Below, one piece after another: positions 10,811 through 21,410 of a DNA stretch of 55,488 nt. This DNA comes from Nemertoderma westbladi (taxonomy: Eukaryota; Animalia; Xenacoelomorpha), in assembly GCA_032718475.1 (NCBI GenBank), contig JAUCBJ010008866.1, positions 1 through 55,488 on the forward strand, in the 5' to 3' direction. The stretch's first letter is position 1. Every line of letters begins with the position of its first letter. The notes under the pieces were generated by a model. That model saw only the letters and a list, made by a program, of their open reading frames with translations, was not told where the DNA came from and made no database searches. The translations under genes and the position numbers were made by a program.

Positions 10811-13441
10811 CAGTCAGGGAGATCATCAAATTTGAGAATACCTCAAATTTCAAATTATAGACCCAATTTTGGAATTACCTCAAATTTAATACAAGGTTAG
10901 GTTAATTCTCTAAATTGGAGTTTTACCCCAAATTTGAATTTCATAGCAGCATAGTCAGATACAGACAGAAGTCATAGTTGGCCTTTTTCAGTAGTTGTTA
11001 GCTTGTTACTGTATTGCAAAGGTAAAAAAATAAACTGATGTAGGCCTAGTGTCTGAGTGTTGTGAAATATAATATTTAAAACATATACAGTATTAGTTTA
11101 AAAAGGCTTATACTTAAAAAGGCTACTGGTAGGGCGGTAGGGGTGCAGTGGGGTGGTATGATCAGATGGTAGACATATAAAACAAAGTACAGAGCTTAAA
11201 GAACTTATATTTTTATATTGTTACTTTTTTGCTTGAATATGCCATAAAATCGGGAGAAAAAGTAGTAGGCCTACTTTTTTTCCTACTGGTAGGGAAAAAG
11301 TTGTCCCCATAATATCTGAATATTGTAACTTTTTGTTGGGCACAGCTTTTGCAAAGTCGGCAAAACAGCAACCTGCAATAATATTGAATAATATTTCCAC
11401 ATAATAATGTACCATAGAGCCATAATTTTGCATTGATTTTACTTTTTCTCCCGGTAAAAAAAGTAAAATAAAACATTGGCACTTGTGTCAAATAGGGGAC
11501 CCTCCTAGCTCCTAATCTGCTAATCCTGAAATCACCTAAACTAAAGTCACTTTCACTAGTGCCCGGTTGCAGGGTTAGCAAAGGAGCAGGTTACAGAAGT
11601 GAGTTGAAACTAAGTAACCAAAAAAAAATAAACAAGAGTTAGGAATATTGATATCACCTGCACTAAATTTCAGGATTAGCTGGTGATTTCAGAATTAGCA
11701 GATTAGGAGGGTCACCTATTTGATTTGACACAAGTGCCAAAATATTTTTGGTGGAATTTCTAAAATTTCATTGAAAGTGTTGATCAAAATTTTTGATCGA
11801 AATGTATATGTACAATCATTTCGTAATGTTAAAATTTTGGAATAAAAAGCAAAATCCATCCCTACACACTATCGACTATTGCAATGCAACTTTAGTGCCT
11901 GCAAGGTTTACTCCAGAAATGAGATAAAGCCTCGAGAATAGGTTGGTGAAAAAGGTTATACTTTTTGCCCAAGTTATAAATGATTCTGGTTCCTCATAAG
12001 GTCAATTTATAAGGATTTATGTATGTATAGTAGGCCTATAAACAAACAGTCACTTAGATTTCTAAAACATTTCAGATGTCTTGATAAGAAAGCAGAGTCT
12101 AAAGACTGTTTAAAAGACTAGCGATTAGTGATGAGATGATGATGTTTCTACTGTGTTCCAGGTCCAGCATGTTCCATATGTTAATCACCCTGATAAAGAA
12201 GAGGTGATGTATGGAAAAAGCAGACCCAGACATGGCAGCATGGGCAGATGGGCGGGGCTTGGCCTTTGCTTCATAATTTTATATATATGGCCAGGTCATG
12301 ATTGCATTGGATGTCTGGCTGGGATATTATGTTGCACATTGTTGTAATGGAGGATCAGGTTTAGATCTTTACATATAAGTTTAAAGCACATTATCAAATT
12401 GAACTTTAATTGATGTATTATTGTATACTGCAGTAGGTGGTGGTTCCAACTTTAGAGTCTCCAGTTGCCAGTCATATAGAATAACTAACAAAAGAATCAA
12501 GTCCACATATATTGTATAAACCACGTCAACCTGTCAACCTTTGCGGCAACATTTGTCTGGGCTCCAAACTGATGGTACAGTATTCCAATTGACAGATAGA
12601 GCTAGGACAGGCGAATATTACATAAGTCTTCAGGCTATCAGGAGAGGAATGGCTTCATTTGATATACAAAGTGTTAAAGAGGACATCAACAACCAGAAAA
12701 CATATTTTTTTCCGAAGATGTGTGATATGAATGATGAACAGAACAGATGAATGCCAGAATATGTAAACTTCCAAATTCTGGAATTGATTCAACATCCACA
12801 AGATATAGTAGGTCTTCCTGAGTCTGTGACTGTGCAGCTGTGTGAGCTTGAATCTCACAACAGTGAGGATTTGGTCTACTGTTCTTCTTACCAACAGTAA
12901 GGCTGTAAGGATAGAGAATTTCTATAGTCTTCTGCATTTTTCTCACCATCACTAACGGAGTTAACAATCATTAAAGTTATTGACTGTAAGTTACTGTGCT
13001 GTAAGGTTAAGCCTACCCTGCATACATGTCATGTCACAGGTTACACTGGTCACCCATTCTCACCAAGCTCTATAAGCACTAAGCAGCAAAGCCTACTGCT
13101 ACACCCTACTGCTGACAGGCTGGTGATGTTGTACAGGCTGGCGAAATTTGAGGTTTTGTCTCAAATTTGAGGTTTAACCTCAAATTTCAATTTTCGCCCC
13201 CAATAAAAGCATGTTTGCATCGGTGAAATATTTTATTGCATCGATAAAAGTTCTTATTTTACATTATATTTTAACATATTAAAAGTAGAAGTTGCTCCAA
13301 TAGTTTCCCTAAGTCGCAGCAACACTCGATATTATGAGCCTAAAAATACCTCAAATTTGAACAAAAAACCCCAATTTTCGACAGTCTATTACCAGAATTC
13401 GAAATTTGGGGTAACCCCAAAATTGATGATCTCCTTGACTG
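10811..13441. mobile_element. 2.6-kb TIR element with CAGTCA(G/A)G termini and 5-bp TSD, inserted in the THAP relic
   Basis: TIR CAGTCAGGGAGATCATCAA / TTGATGATCTCCTTGACTG; CTGGG on both flanks. Removing it restores the frame ...HSGRYP|VPVEPPSVF. Confidence 0.8.
11476..11740. mobile_element. Small fold-back MITE
   Basis: Imperfect inverted ends TTGGCACTTGTGTCAAAT...CCTAATCTGCTAAT.CTGAAATCACC mirrored at 11682-11740. Confidence 0.6.
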
Positions 13442-16000
13442 CTGGGTATCTCCCGGAATGATGTTTCGTTGTCATCTCTTCGGGCCAGTGCTTCCGACAA
13501 ACTCCCATGAAACTCGTAACCTTGCACGGATCTACGATATTCGGAAGTTGCCGCAACCACGTTCAGACGTTTGCAATTCCACAGGATCTTTCGGAAACGC
13601 GTAGACCGTAATCGGTGAGGAATTCTCCTCCCCGTCGTCCATACCGGTCAGTTTATCCTTCGCGTTCGCATAACCAGTTCTGCAACCGCCGACGGAACAC
13701 TTCCTTCCCATCGAGTTAACGGTCGTACAGTCGTATCAGGTTGTCACTTTGGTAGTTTATTCGGGTAGACACTCCAGCACTCGTGTATTCAGGTAAACAC
13801 TCGAGCAGTCAGGTAGGAAGAGTAAACGATAACATAATTCAGTGCAGTAGGTAGTTCAAGATTTGTAAACTATAGGCCTACAGTATACCGGTATCAGAAT
13901 TCTACATTCTAGGCCTTCAATAATGAAGGCCTGTAGGCTGGCTGCCAGCGCCAGGCCTGTTTCTCTAGTAGGCCTTGTTCGTGACCGTGAGTTAGGTACT
14001 GTCAGACTGTAGGTAATTTTTAGCGCCAGCGTCAGGCCGTCGCCGTCAGCGTCAGGCCGTCTGTCCGTGATAAATTAATTACTTTAATTTTAAATTGAAA
14101 ATTCGTAAATCTATAAATTATGAAATTAATTAGACCTACAGCATGATTGATTATGAGCGATTGGCGAACGATAACCATACTTTAATTTTTTTTAAATAAA
14201 TAATTAAATTTTTAAAATTTTTGAAAAACTCTGGCTCCTGCTCCGGCTCCGGCCAAATTGTCCAACTCCAGCTCCGGCTCCGGCCAAATCCCAACTCCGA
14301 TCGAGCCCTAGTGGCGCGCATTGAGGATCCTGGCGCGGAAATGGATGTCATGTATAGCAGTATAGCTGTATAGTAGCAAAATGCACTGGCATGGCAACAT
14401 ATTCAGCCACTCTACTTGAAATTAACGGTCTGCCAGTAGAGCCTATTTTTAAAAAGAGTTAGGCCTAGGCCTTAAAAATTTTCGCTCGCTTCGCTCGCGT
14501 TTGTTTATTATACCTGCCTACTGTACGCTCTACTCTTACACTGTTCAGCTGTTACAGTCTTATTCATCATTCTAATAACTATAATAGGTGCATTTGATTA
14601 CAGTGATATTTTATTACAGTATTTGTTTATTAACCTATAGAAGTAGTTCCGTGCCTTGAACTGTTTTGCACTCCGACATTATGGACAAACCGACAGATTG
14701 GGCATTGAAGGTACTGTACCGTATCCAATCCACGTTACGCGTTAATCATCATGGCCAAGTAGGCCAAATGTTTAATGTTTAATAGTTTAGGGTAAGAGGA
14801 AGATAAACTTATAGATACCCATCACCGACATAATTTAAGGCAATCTTTATATGGAACCAGAACTGAAAGTAAATTAATATGTTGTATGTAATACCGGTAA
14901 TAGGATAGGCCTAATAAAATATAGTAAGAAGTTGAAGAAGAGTATAAAAAAAACCTGATCCGACACCAACGAAATACATGTACTCAATCCAGCGTAGGAC
15001 TGTTAAAAACCGGCGATGCACAAACAACAAACTAATATAGGTTAAAACAAAGTAGTGTAGAATCGGTAGAACTATTGGAATTTGAATAAGATATGTATGG
15101 ATTATTAAAAACTGACTGAATTAAAATTTAAATAAAATATGTATGAATTACTAAAAACTGACGGGGTAGGTTAGTGTGGCGCAAACAACGTACGTAACGT
15201 ACCATAATTTTAAAAAAGTATTTAAAAATATTAACAATAGATTGGTAAATAAGTACTGTTCTACAGGCTTAAAAACATGTCAATAAACAATTTTTTAATG
15301 TCTTTCAAAATATGTGTTGTTTGAAAGGTTTTTCAATTGTTCACACCAATGTAGCCTAAAACCACGATTCAGCAGATTTTCCGAGCTCGCTACACTCCGA
15401 TTTAATTCATAATCACATCTGTAGGTAAAAAATAGTCGGTTGACCAAAAAATTTAAAAATTTTCTTGCTCGCTACGCTCGCAATTTAATCACATCTGTAT
15501 TTAAAAACAGTCGGCTGACCTACTACAGTCCCAATCCCAATAAACATTAACTTGGTCATTTTGGTGGCCAAAACGACCAAAATGGCCAAATATAAATTGC
15601 GGCATTCATGAAAGGAACTTCTGAGGCAAGTTGGCTTGTCAATCACAGCCAGTGAATAGAGGCTGAGTGTAAGTAAAGCCCAGGATGTTGGCAGATAGAA
15701 AACCGCACTGGAGGTAGACCATTGCCATTGGTTAGCTGTATGCTATTGTAATACAAAGAGAGCGGCAGGATAAAGAGAAATGCCGACCTCGCTAATAATG
15801 GGCTGGTCCCACAGGTCACTTTAAGGTAGGTGGTACAGTAGGTACTACAGTTTACATGTTCAAGGGCGCCAGTCCCTAGTCGCTAGCCCATAGTCTGTCA
15901 TGGAGTTCCTGTAGTAGTTTTAGACGCTTTCACTCAGTATCCTAGTGTCCAGGAAGTTGGGAGTTGAGTGTGGGTGGCCCCCACGCAACACCGCAGTGTC

Positions 16001-16403
16001 GGGTGACTACAAAACAAAGACCAACGACCCAAATAATAAAGACCTGTACAAATACAAAACACATGTGTTAACTTTCTTTTATTGTTTTGGTTCCCCAACA
16101 CGCCTCTGTAACCTGCTTCTTTACTAACCTGCTCCTTTAAATGGCAATGTGACCTCACTCTCTCTGGCAATGGGACCTAAAGCTCTTTGGAACCTAACGC
16201 TCTTTGGGACGTAACGCGACTTTACCTCTTTGTTTTGTACAGGTCACAATGAGCGTTATGTACCATTGCTATTTAAAGGAGCAGGTTAGTAAAGGAGCAA
16301 GTTACAGAGGCGTGACGGGGGATTCAAAACAATTAACGAAAGTTAACACATGTAACAAGATTATGCAGGTCTTTATAATTGGGTCTTTGTTTTGTAGTCA
16401 CCC
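16001..16403. mobile_element. Mutator-like MITE nested in the Tc1-like element
   Basis: ~150-bp imperfect TIRs starting GGGTGACTACAAAACAAAGACC; perfect 9-bp TSD CGCAGTGTC (15992-16000, 16404-16412). Confidence 0.8.
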
Positions 16404-16489
16404 CGCAGTGTCCGCGAATTATACATTGTAAAAAAATATTAAAAAAAATTTTTATTATAAAAAAAAATATTATTGAAATTAATTTCCGA

Positions 16490-16645
16490 AATTAACATCC
16501 CTAAATTAATTTATGGACGTCCATTAATTAGTTATTTCATTACGATTCTGATTGGTTGATAGATTAATTTTGGGACGTCCATAAATTAATTTCGAGACGT
16601 CCATAAGTTAATTTCGGGACGTCCATAAATTAATTTCGGGACGTT
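16490..16645. repeat. ~22-bp minisatellite
   Basis: Units like aaattaatttcgggacgtccat, about 5 copies. Confidence 0.7.
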
Positions 16646-17293
16646 CAGATTATTATACATACTCCTCCTTTAACGAAGCCCCATTCAACTCCTTTTATAA
16701 GACTGTATACTCTATCAATGCCTCAGTGGGCGGACTCCAGTACTGCAAGGCTCAGCGCCGGGTAAGTTAACAATCTGTCAATAATAAAAATGAAAGCGAG
16801 CCGACATTTAGTCAGATCCACCAAATGGATGGCCAAGGAGACTGAATGTCTGGACTTAGCTGATTCGAGTTAAATCGCTTCGCCAAAACGACCAAGTAGC
16901 CCATAGGAATACACTACATTTTTTTGGTGATTTTGGTCATTTTGGCCGCCAAAACGACCAAGTTAATGTTTATTGGGATTGGGACTGTATCTGAATATTA
17001 CAGTATTACTTGTACCGGTAGGCCTACGGCCCTACGCCTATTCCTGTATTCATGTTTACATTTCTGCAAAATTTTCTTGCTCGTTGCGCTTGCATTTTCA
17101 TGTTAAAATACTGTAGGAGTGGCAGAGTGGGTCTAGCTCTAGGTCTGTAGCGTAGGTACCCGGTACTGCAGTATAAACTGATAAATGATTACAATAATTG
17201 CAAAATTTAGTGGTCAATCTTTCAATGGTTGGCGCGCATTGAATGTCATGGCTGGCAGCTGGCGCGCTTTTCGTTTAACCAGAATCCATGTGG

Positions 17294-17349
17294 GGGTAAA
17301 TCTTTTCGACCTACGCGTAGGCCTACGCGTAGGTCGAAAAGATTTACCC
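17294..17349. repeat. Perfect 56-bp spacerless palindrome
   Basis: gggtaaatcttttcgacctacgcgtagg|cctacgcgtaggtcgaaaagatttaccc. Confidence 0.95.
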
Positions 17350-17499
17350 TCCATGTGGCGCGCTTTTTGTCAATATTCCATATAGGGATTGCAGGATTGT
17401 GGAAAATGTGGATATACCTTTCACATAATTTAGGCCTATTACTGTATTAGTTTTATAATCAATAATGGATCATGACTACTGTCTGAGTAGTGTTACGGA

Positions 17500-18275
17500 T
17501 AACCTGCTCCTTTCCCTGATTTGGTAAAGTGACTGTTTATTGTTTTGGTTAGAAAATCCGGCCTTAACCTGCTCCTTTCCCTCAATTAGTTAAGTGATCG
17601 TTTATTGTTTTGGTTAGAAAATCCCGCCTCTGTAACCTGCTCCTTTCCCTCAATTGGTAATGTTATCGTTTATTGTTTTGGTTAGAAAATTCCGCCTCTG
17701 TAACCTGCTCCTCTCTCTCAATTGGTAATGTTATCGTTTATTGTTTGGTTATAAAATCCCGTCTCTGTAACCTGCTCCTTTCCCTCAATTAGTTAAATGA
17801 TCGTTTATTGTTTTGGTTAGAAAATCCCGCCTCTGTAACCTGCCCCCTTCCCTCAATTAGTTAAATGATCGTTTATTGTTTTGGTTAGAAAATCCCGCCT
17901 CTGTAACCTGCTCCTTTCCCTGAATTGGTAAAGTGACCGTTTATTGTTTTGGTTAGAAAGGCTCGCCTCTGTAACCTGCCCATTTCCCTCAATTAGTTAA
18001 ATGATCGTTTATTGTTTTGGTTAGAATATCCCGCCTCTGTAACCTGCTCCTTTCCCTCAATTAGTTAAGTGATCGTTTATTGTTTTGGTTAGAAAATTCC
18101 GCCTCTGTAACCTGCTCCTTTCCCTCAATTAGTTAAGTGATCATTTATTGTTTTGGTTAGAAAATCCCGTCTCTGTAACCTGCTCCTTTCCCTGATTTGG
18201 TAAAGTCACTGTTTATTGTTTTGGTTAGAAAACTCGGCCTTAACCTGCTCCTTTCCATCAATTGGTAATTGTTTT
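17500..18275. repeat. 68-bp minisatellite, about 11 units
   Basis: Unit aacctgctcctttccctcaattagttaagtgatcgtttattgttttggttagaaaatcccgcctctgt; period measured 17634 to 17702. Confidence 0.95.
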
Positions 18276-18506
18276 TGGCTATAAAATGAGTGTTTTATTG
18301 CTATACGTCATGTGGTTATCGACAACAACCACACTGCCACAAACTATTAAATATAGAGTCTTTTTACCACAGGCGCATACAGGCATATGGAAATCTATCT
18401 CATAGTCTATAAATCATGGAATCATGGAATGTTTTGGCACAGGCATAGTGAAATCAACTGTCTGACAGTCCAGAAATCAGCAGTCTGACAGTTTGAAGAA
18501 ATACAT

Positions 18507-19186
18507 TAGGGCTCGATCGGAGCTCCGGCCTCTAGCTCCGGCTCCGGCCATTTTGGCACCACCAGCTCCTGCTCCGGCTCCGGTAAAAATATTGCCGGAG
18601 TTAATTTTTTAATAAAGTATTATATTTCGTGCATATTCTAATCGGAACAATTATTTACACTATAAATACTGTAGTACAGCTTCAATATCAAGCACAATAC
18701 TGCAGTATTTACTTAAAGTCAATGACTGACTGACCGTTGACTGTACTGCAGTACTGGTACTGGCCAGCTGGCTGACTAGCAGACTGTTACAGATAGGCCC
18801 TACTGTAAAAAATTTTAAATGCTATGATTGTACACTGTACCACTGCAGCCATTTACTGCTGTCATGCCAGCATACTGTACTGCAGTACTGGTACACGTAC
18901 GGTAGGCTACCTACAGTACACAACACACCTCCTACCACAATTAGACAGTTAGGTACTGTAGGTAATTTTTAGCCGTCAGCGTCAGGCCGTCTGTCCGTGA
19001 TAAATTAATTACTTAAATTTTAAATTGAAAATTCGTAAATCGATAAATTGAAATTAATTAGAAATTAATGATTGATTATGAGCGATTGGCGAACGATAAC
19101 CATACTTTATTTATTTTATAATAAATAATTAAATTTTTAAAATTTTCGAAAAACTCCGGCTCCTGCTCCGGCTCCGGCCAAATTGT
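18507..19186. mobile_element. hAT-like MITE family A copy 4 (right TIR lost)
   Basis: Starts TAGGGCTCGATCGGAG; body matches 6789-7601 up to ccggccaaattgt. Confidence 0.8.
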
Positions 19187-19212
19187 ACATACATACATTG
19201 TTAATACATACA

Positions 19213-19322
19213 TAAAAAGTCATTAAAAGGACAATAAAAGTCATTAAAAGGACAACAAAAGTCATTATGCATAATTCGTAAAAAAAAAAGGACAAAAAAG
19301 TCAAATAAAAGGACATAAAAAA
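19213..19322. repeat. ~22-bp minisatellite
   Basis: Repeats of aaaagtcattaaaaggacaa. Confidence 0.6.
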
Positions 19323-20158
19323 TCACTGCCTATTACTACTGTACTATACCCTAGCCTATTACTGCTGGCAGCTGTTATTTATTGTACCGGTTCACCATCA
19401 CCAGTATTGGTGTACGTACGTACAGGTCTGCAGGTGTAGGCCTATAAACACAACTTTTTGTTCCTTTGTTTTGCAGTTTTGTGTTGTTTTGTTGAATTGT
19501 GGATGCCTTGCGATAATTAGAAGTACTGAAGTAGGAGGCCTATCATTTTTAGTGTATTTGTCAATATCGCATCACGGCAGCACGGTGCTACTGCTAATGT
19601 CAAATGTTGACTTGTGCCGGACTTCACAGTTTCTGCAATATCACAAAAACTATTCACTCTATCCCCAGATCCCTGCCTATGCTTGTTTTGAAGGTGTCTA
19701 CTGTCTACTGGTCTACACCAACTAACAGACTAAACCTCATTGCGGTTCTATGTTCTAATGAGCAGAGCATAACAGCATAATATCAATGCAGTAGGAATAC
19801 TACACAGTACACAGTACTAGAAGTTGATCATCACAAAATTGGGAATATGACTTACTTGCGCCAAGGTCTGAAGGTCGGGAACTGCCGAACTGGCCATGTG
19901 CTGATGTGCCTGTGGGAATATTTCCTGTCATCCCCAAATCAAAATTTTGGAATTTATAGGCCTACCGGCAGAGCGGTATAACATTAGGCCTAGGCCCCTA
20001 TATAGGCCTACCGTACATAACACCTTTGAAAATTTGTTGATTCTTTGAAATTCCCCATATCATTATTCCTGTAGGTATTCAGTTATTAGGCCTATCCATT
20101 CTGCCATTGCTTCTCGAACCGGGAGAAACTGAACTCTTTAAGCGACAACAATCAGACA

Positions 20159-21140
20159 ATGGAACGGTTTACTTGTGAGTCGGGCAATGCACTGCTAATT
20201 ACCAAATCTATATTCGCGAACATCTGTTCAGAAAATGATTCGTTTGTGCGGACGTTTCTCGAAGAATACCTGGACGCGAACTTAAGTTTTCTAGACTATT
20301 ATGTTGTTAATAAATGTACGGCAGCTCATATTAGCGAATGGCTACTGCGTTCACTCTCTACTGGGTCTAACACCTCCGCCACCACCTCGGATAATACGAC
20401 CCAATCACCGGCCACTGTCCCGACTCCCGGGTACCGCGAGACCAGTATGCCGCAGTGTCCATTGACGACATCGGCGTTGAAACCTACTGACCACCACAAT
20501 TACAATCCTGCGACAGGAAAGCATCCGCAATCTCGATACTCGAATCAACGCACGCCACCTACCGAGCCCTCCTCTATGCAGCCTGTGGTGAGGTTACAAC
20601 ATCTCAACCAGACAGACCTACCGGGAGAACAAAGACAAATGTATCCCAAACTGAGTCCGATAGACACCAAACCAAACCTCATTGAATCTGAATCGAGTAA
20701 TAATACAGCCAGTTCAACTTTATTACTGTATAACAACATATCCTCCTATACCCCCGCAGTTACCACAACCAACTCAAACCACTATTCTACCCAGCCTCTA
20801 TCAGCGGACCAGTCAGATGTTCCGGTAATCCTACGCATTAAGACGGAAGACGAACTCGAATATAAACCCGACCTAAATGAGGTTGGTGATGGCTTGGGTG
20901 ATTTGTTCTCCCCTGTAGCATATGGAAACAGTACAGACACTAATGCTTCGACCACCCACTCAGCTCAGCAGAATCTCATCCCGGACTCTAACTCCCTGTC
21001 CCCACACACCGCTCATGGTCCCCTAACAGACACTAGCTCCTCACCAACCCTCACTACTCAGTCTCTATACGACTTCAACTTAAACCTTCCCAACACCTAC
21101 AACCTCCTGTTGGCCCCTAAATCGACAGTTTTCGGTATCG
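20159..21140 (+). CDS. Exon 1 of C2H2 ZNF copy 2 (N-terminal domain plus S/T/P-rich region)
   Basis: ATG in acaATGG Kozak context. The ORF runs to ATC G|GTGAGT (donor 21141, phase 1) and joins 27859 in frame, giving about 547 aa. Confidence 0.85.
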
Positions 21141-21328
21141 GTGAGTTACTATGATTTGTATAGTAAACATCCTTTAGTCCGAATTGCAGCCGAACTGATC
21201 AGAGTAATTGTTCATTTAATTTATAGTGACAGTTATGATACTTCTGAGTTAAGTTTTTGATTTTTAAGATTTTTATCTGGTTTAATTAAATTCAATCTAT
21301 TCCAATCCATTCCTTTCTCACCAAAATA

Positions 21329-21410
21329 TATAATATATGAAGCCTATTTTCAAAACACGTCGAATTGCAAATAATATTCCAGAATAGAGACATCCAATTT
21401 TTTAGCTTTG
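21329..21410 (+). pseudogene. Decayed LINE endonuclease fragment leading into the array (copy 2)
   Basis: YNI*SLFSKHVELQIIFQNRDIQF; homologous to 5580-5659 but with a stop and a frameshift. Confidence 0.7.

Larger units (their letters stand above)
9811..13977 (-). mobile_element. Internally deleted P-element/THAP9-like DNA transposon
   Basis: 27-bp TIR CAAGGCCTACTAGAGAAACAGGCCTGG; 8-bp TSD ttcgtgag / ttcgtgac. Frameshifted THAP relic MGRKCSVGGC..VYAFPKD..WLRQLPN..GVCRKHW (13710-13445) continues as PVEPPSVFPNVP (from 10810 down). P-transposase C-terminal motif FGHFRQSAGGNYHISV lies at 10591-10545. Confidence 0.85.
9535..14310. mobile_element. hAT-like MITE family A copy 3 (5'-truncated), split by the P-like element
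   Basis: Family-A body at ~9535-9810 resumes at 13978 and ends in CTCCGATCGAGCCCTA at 14310. Confidence 0.75.
15526..16987. mobile_element. Non-autonomous Tc1/mariner/pogo-like element
   Basis: TIR CAGTCCCAATCCCAATAAACATTAACTTGGTC... longer than 50 bp, flanked by TA on both sides. Confidence 0.8.
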
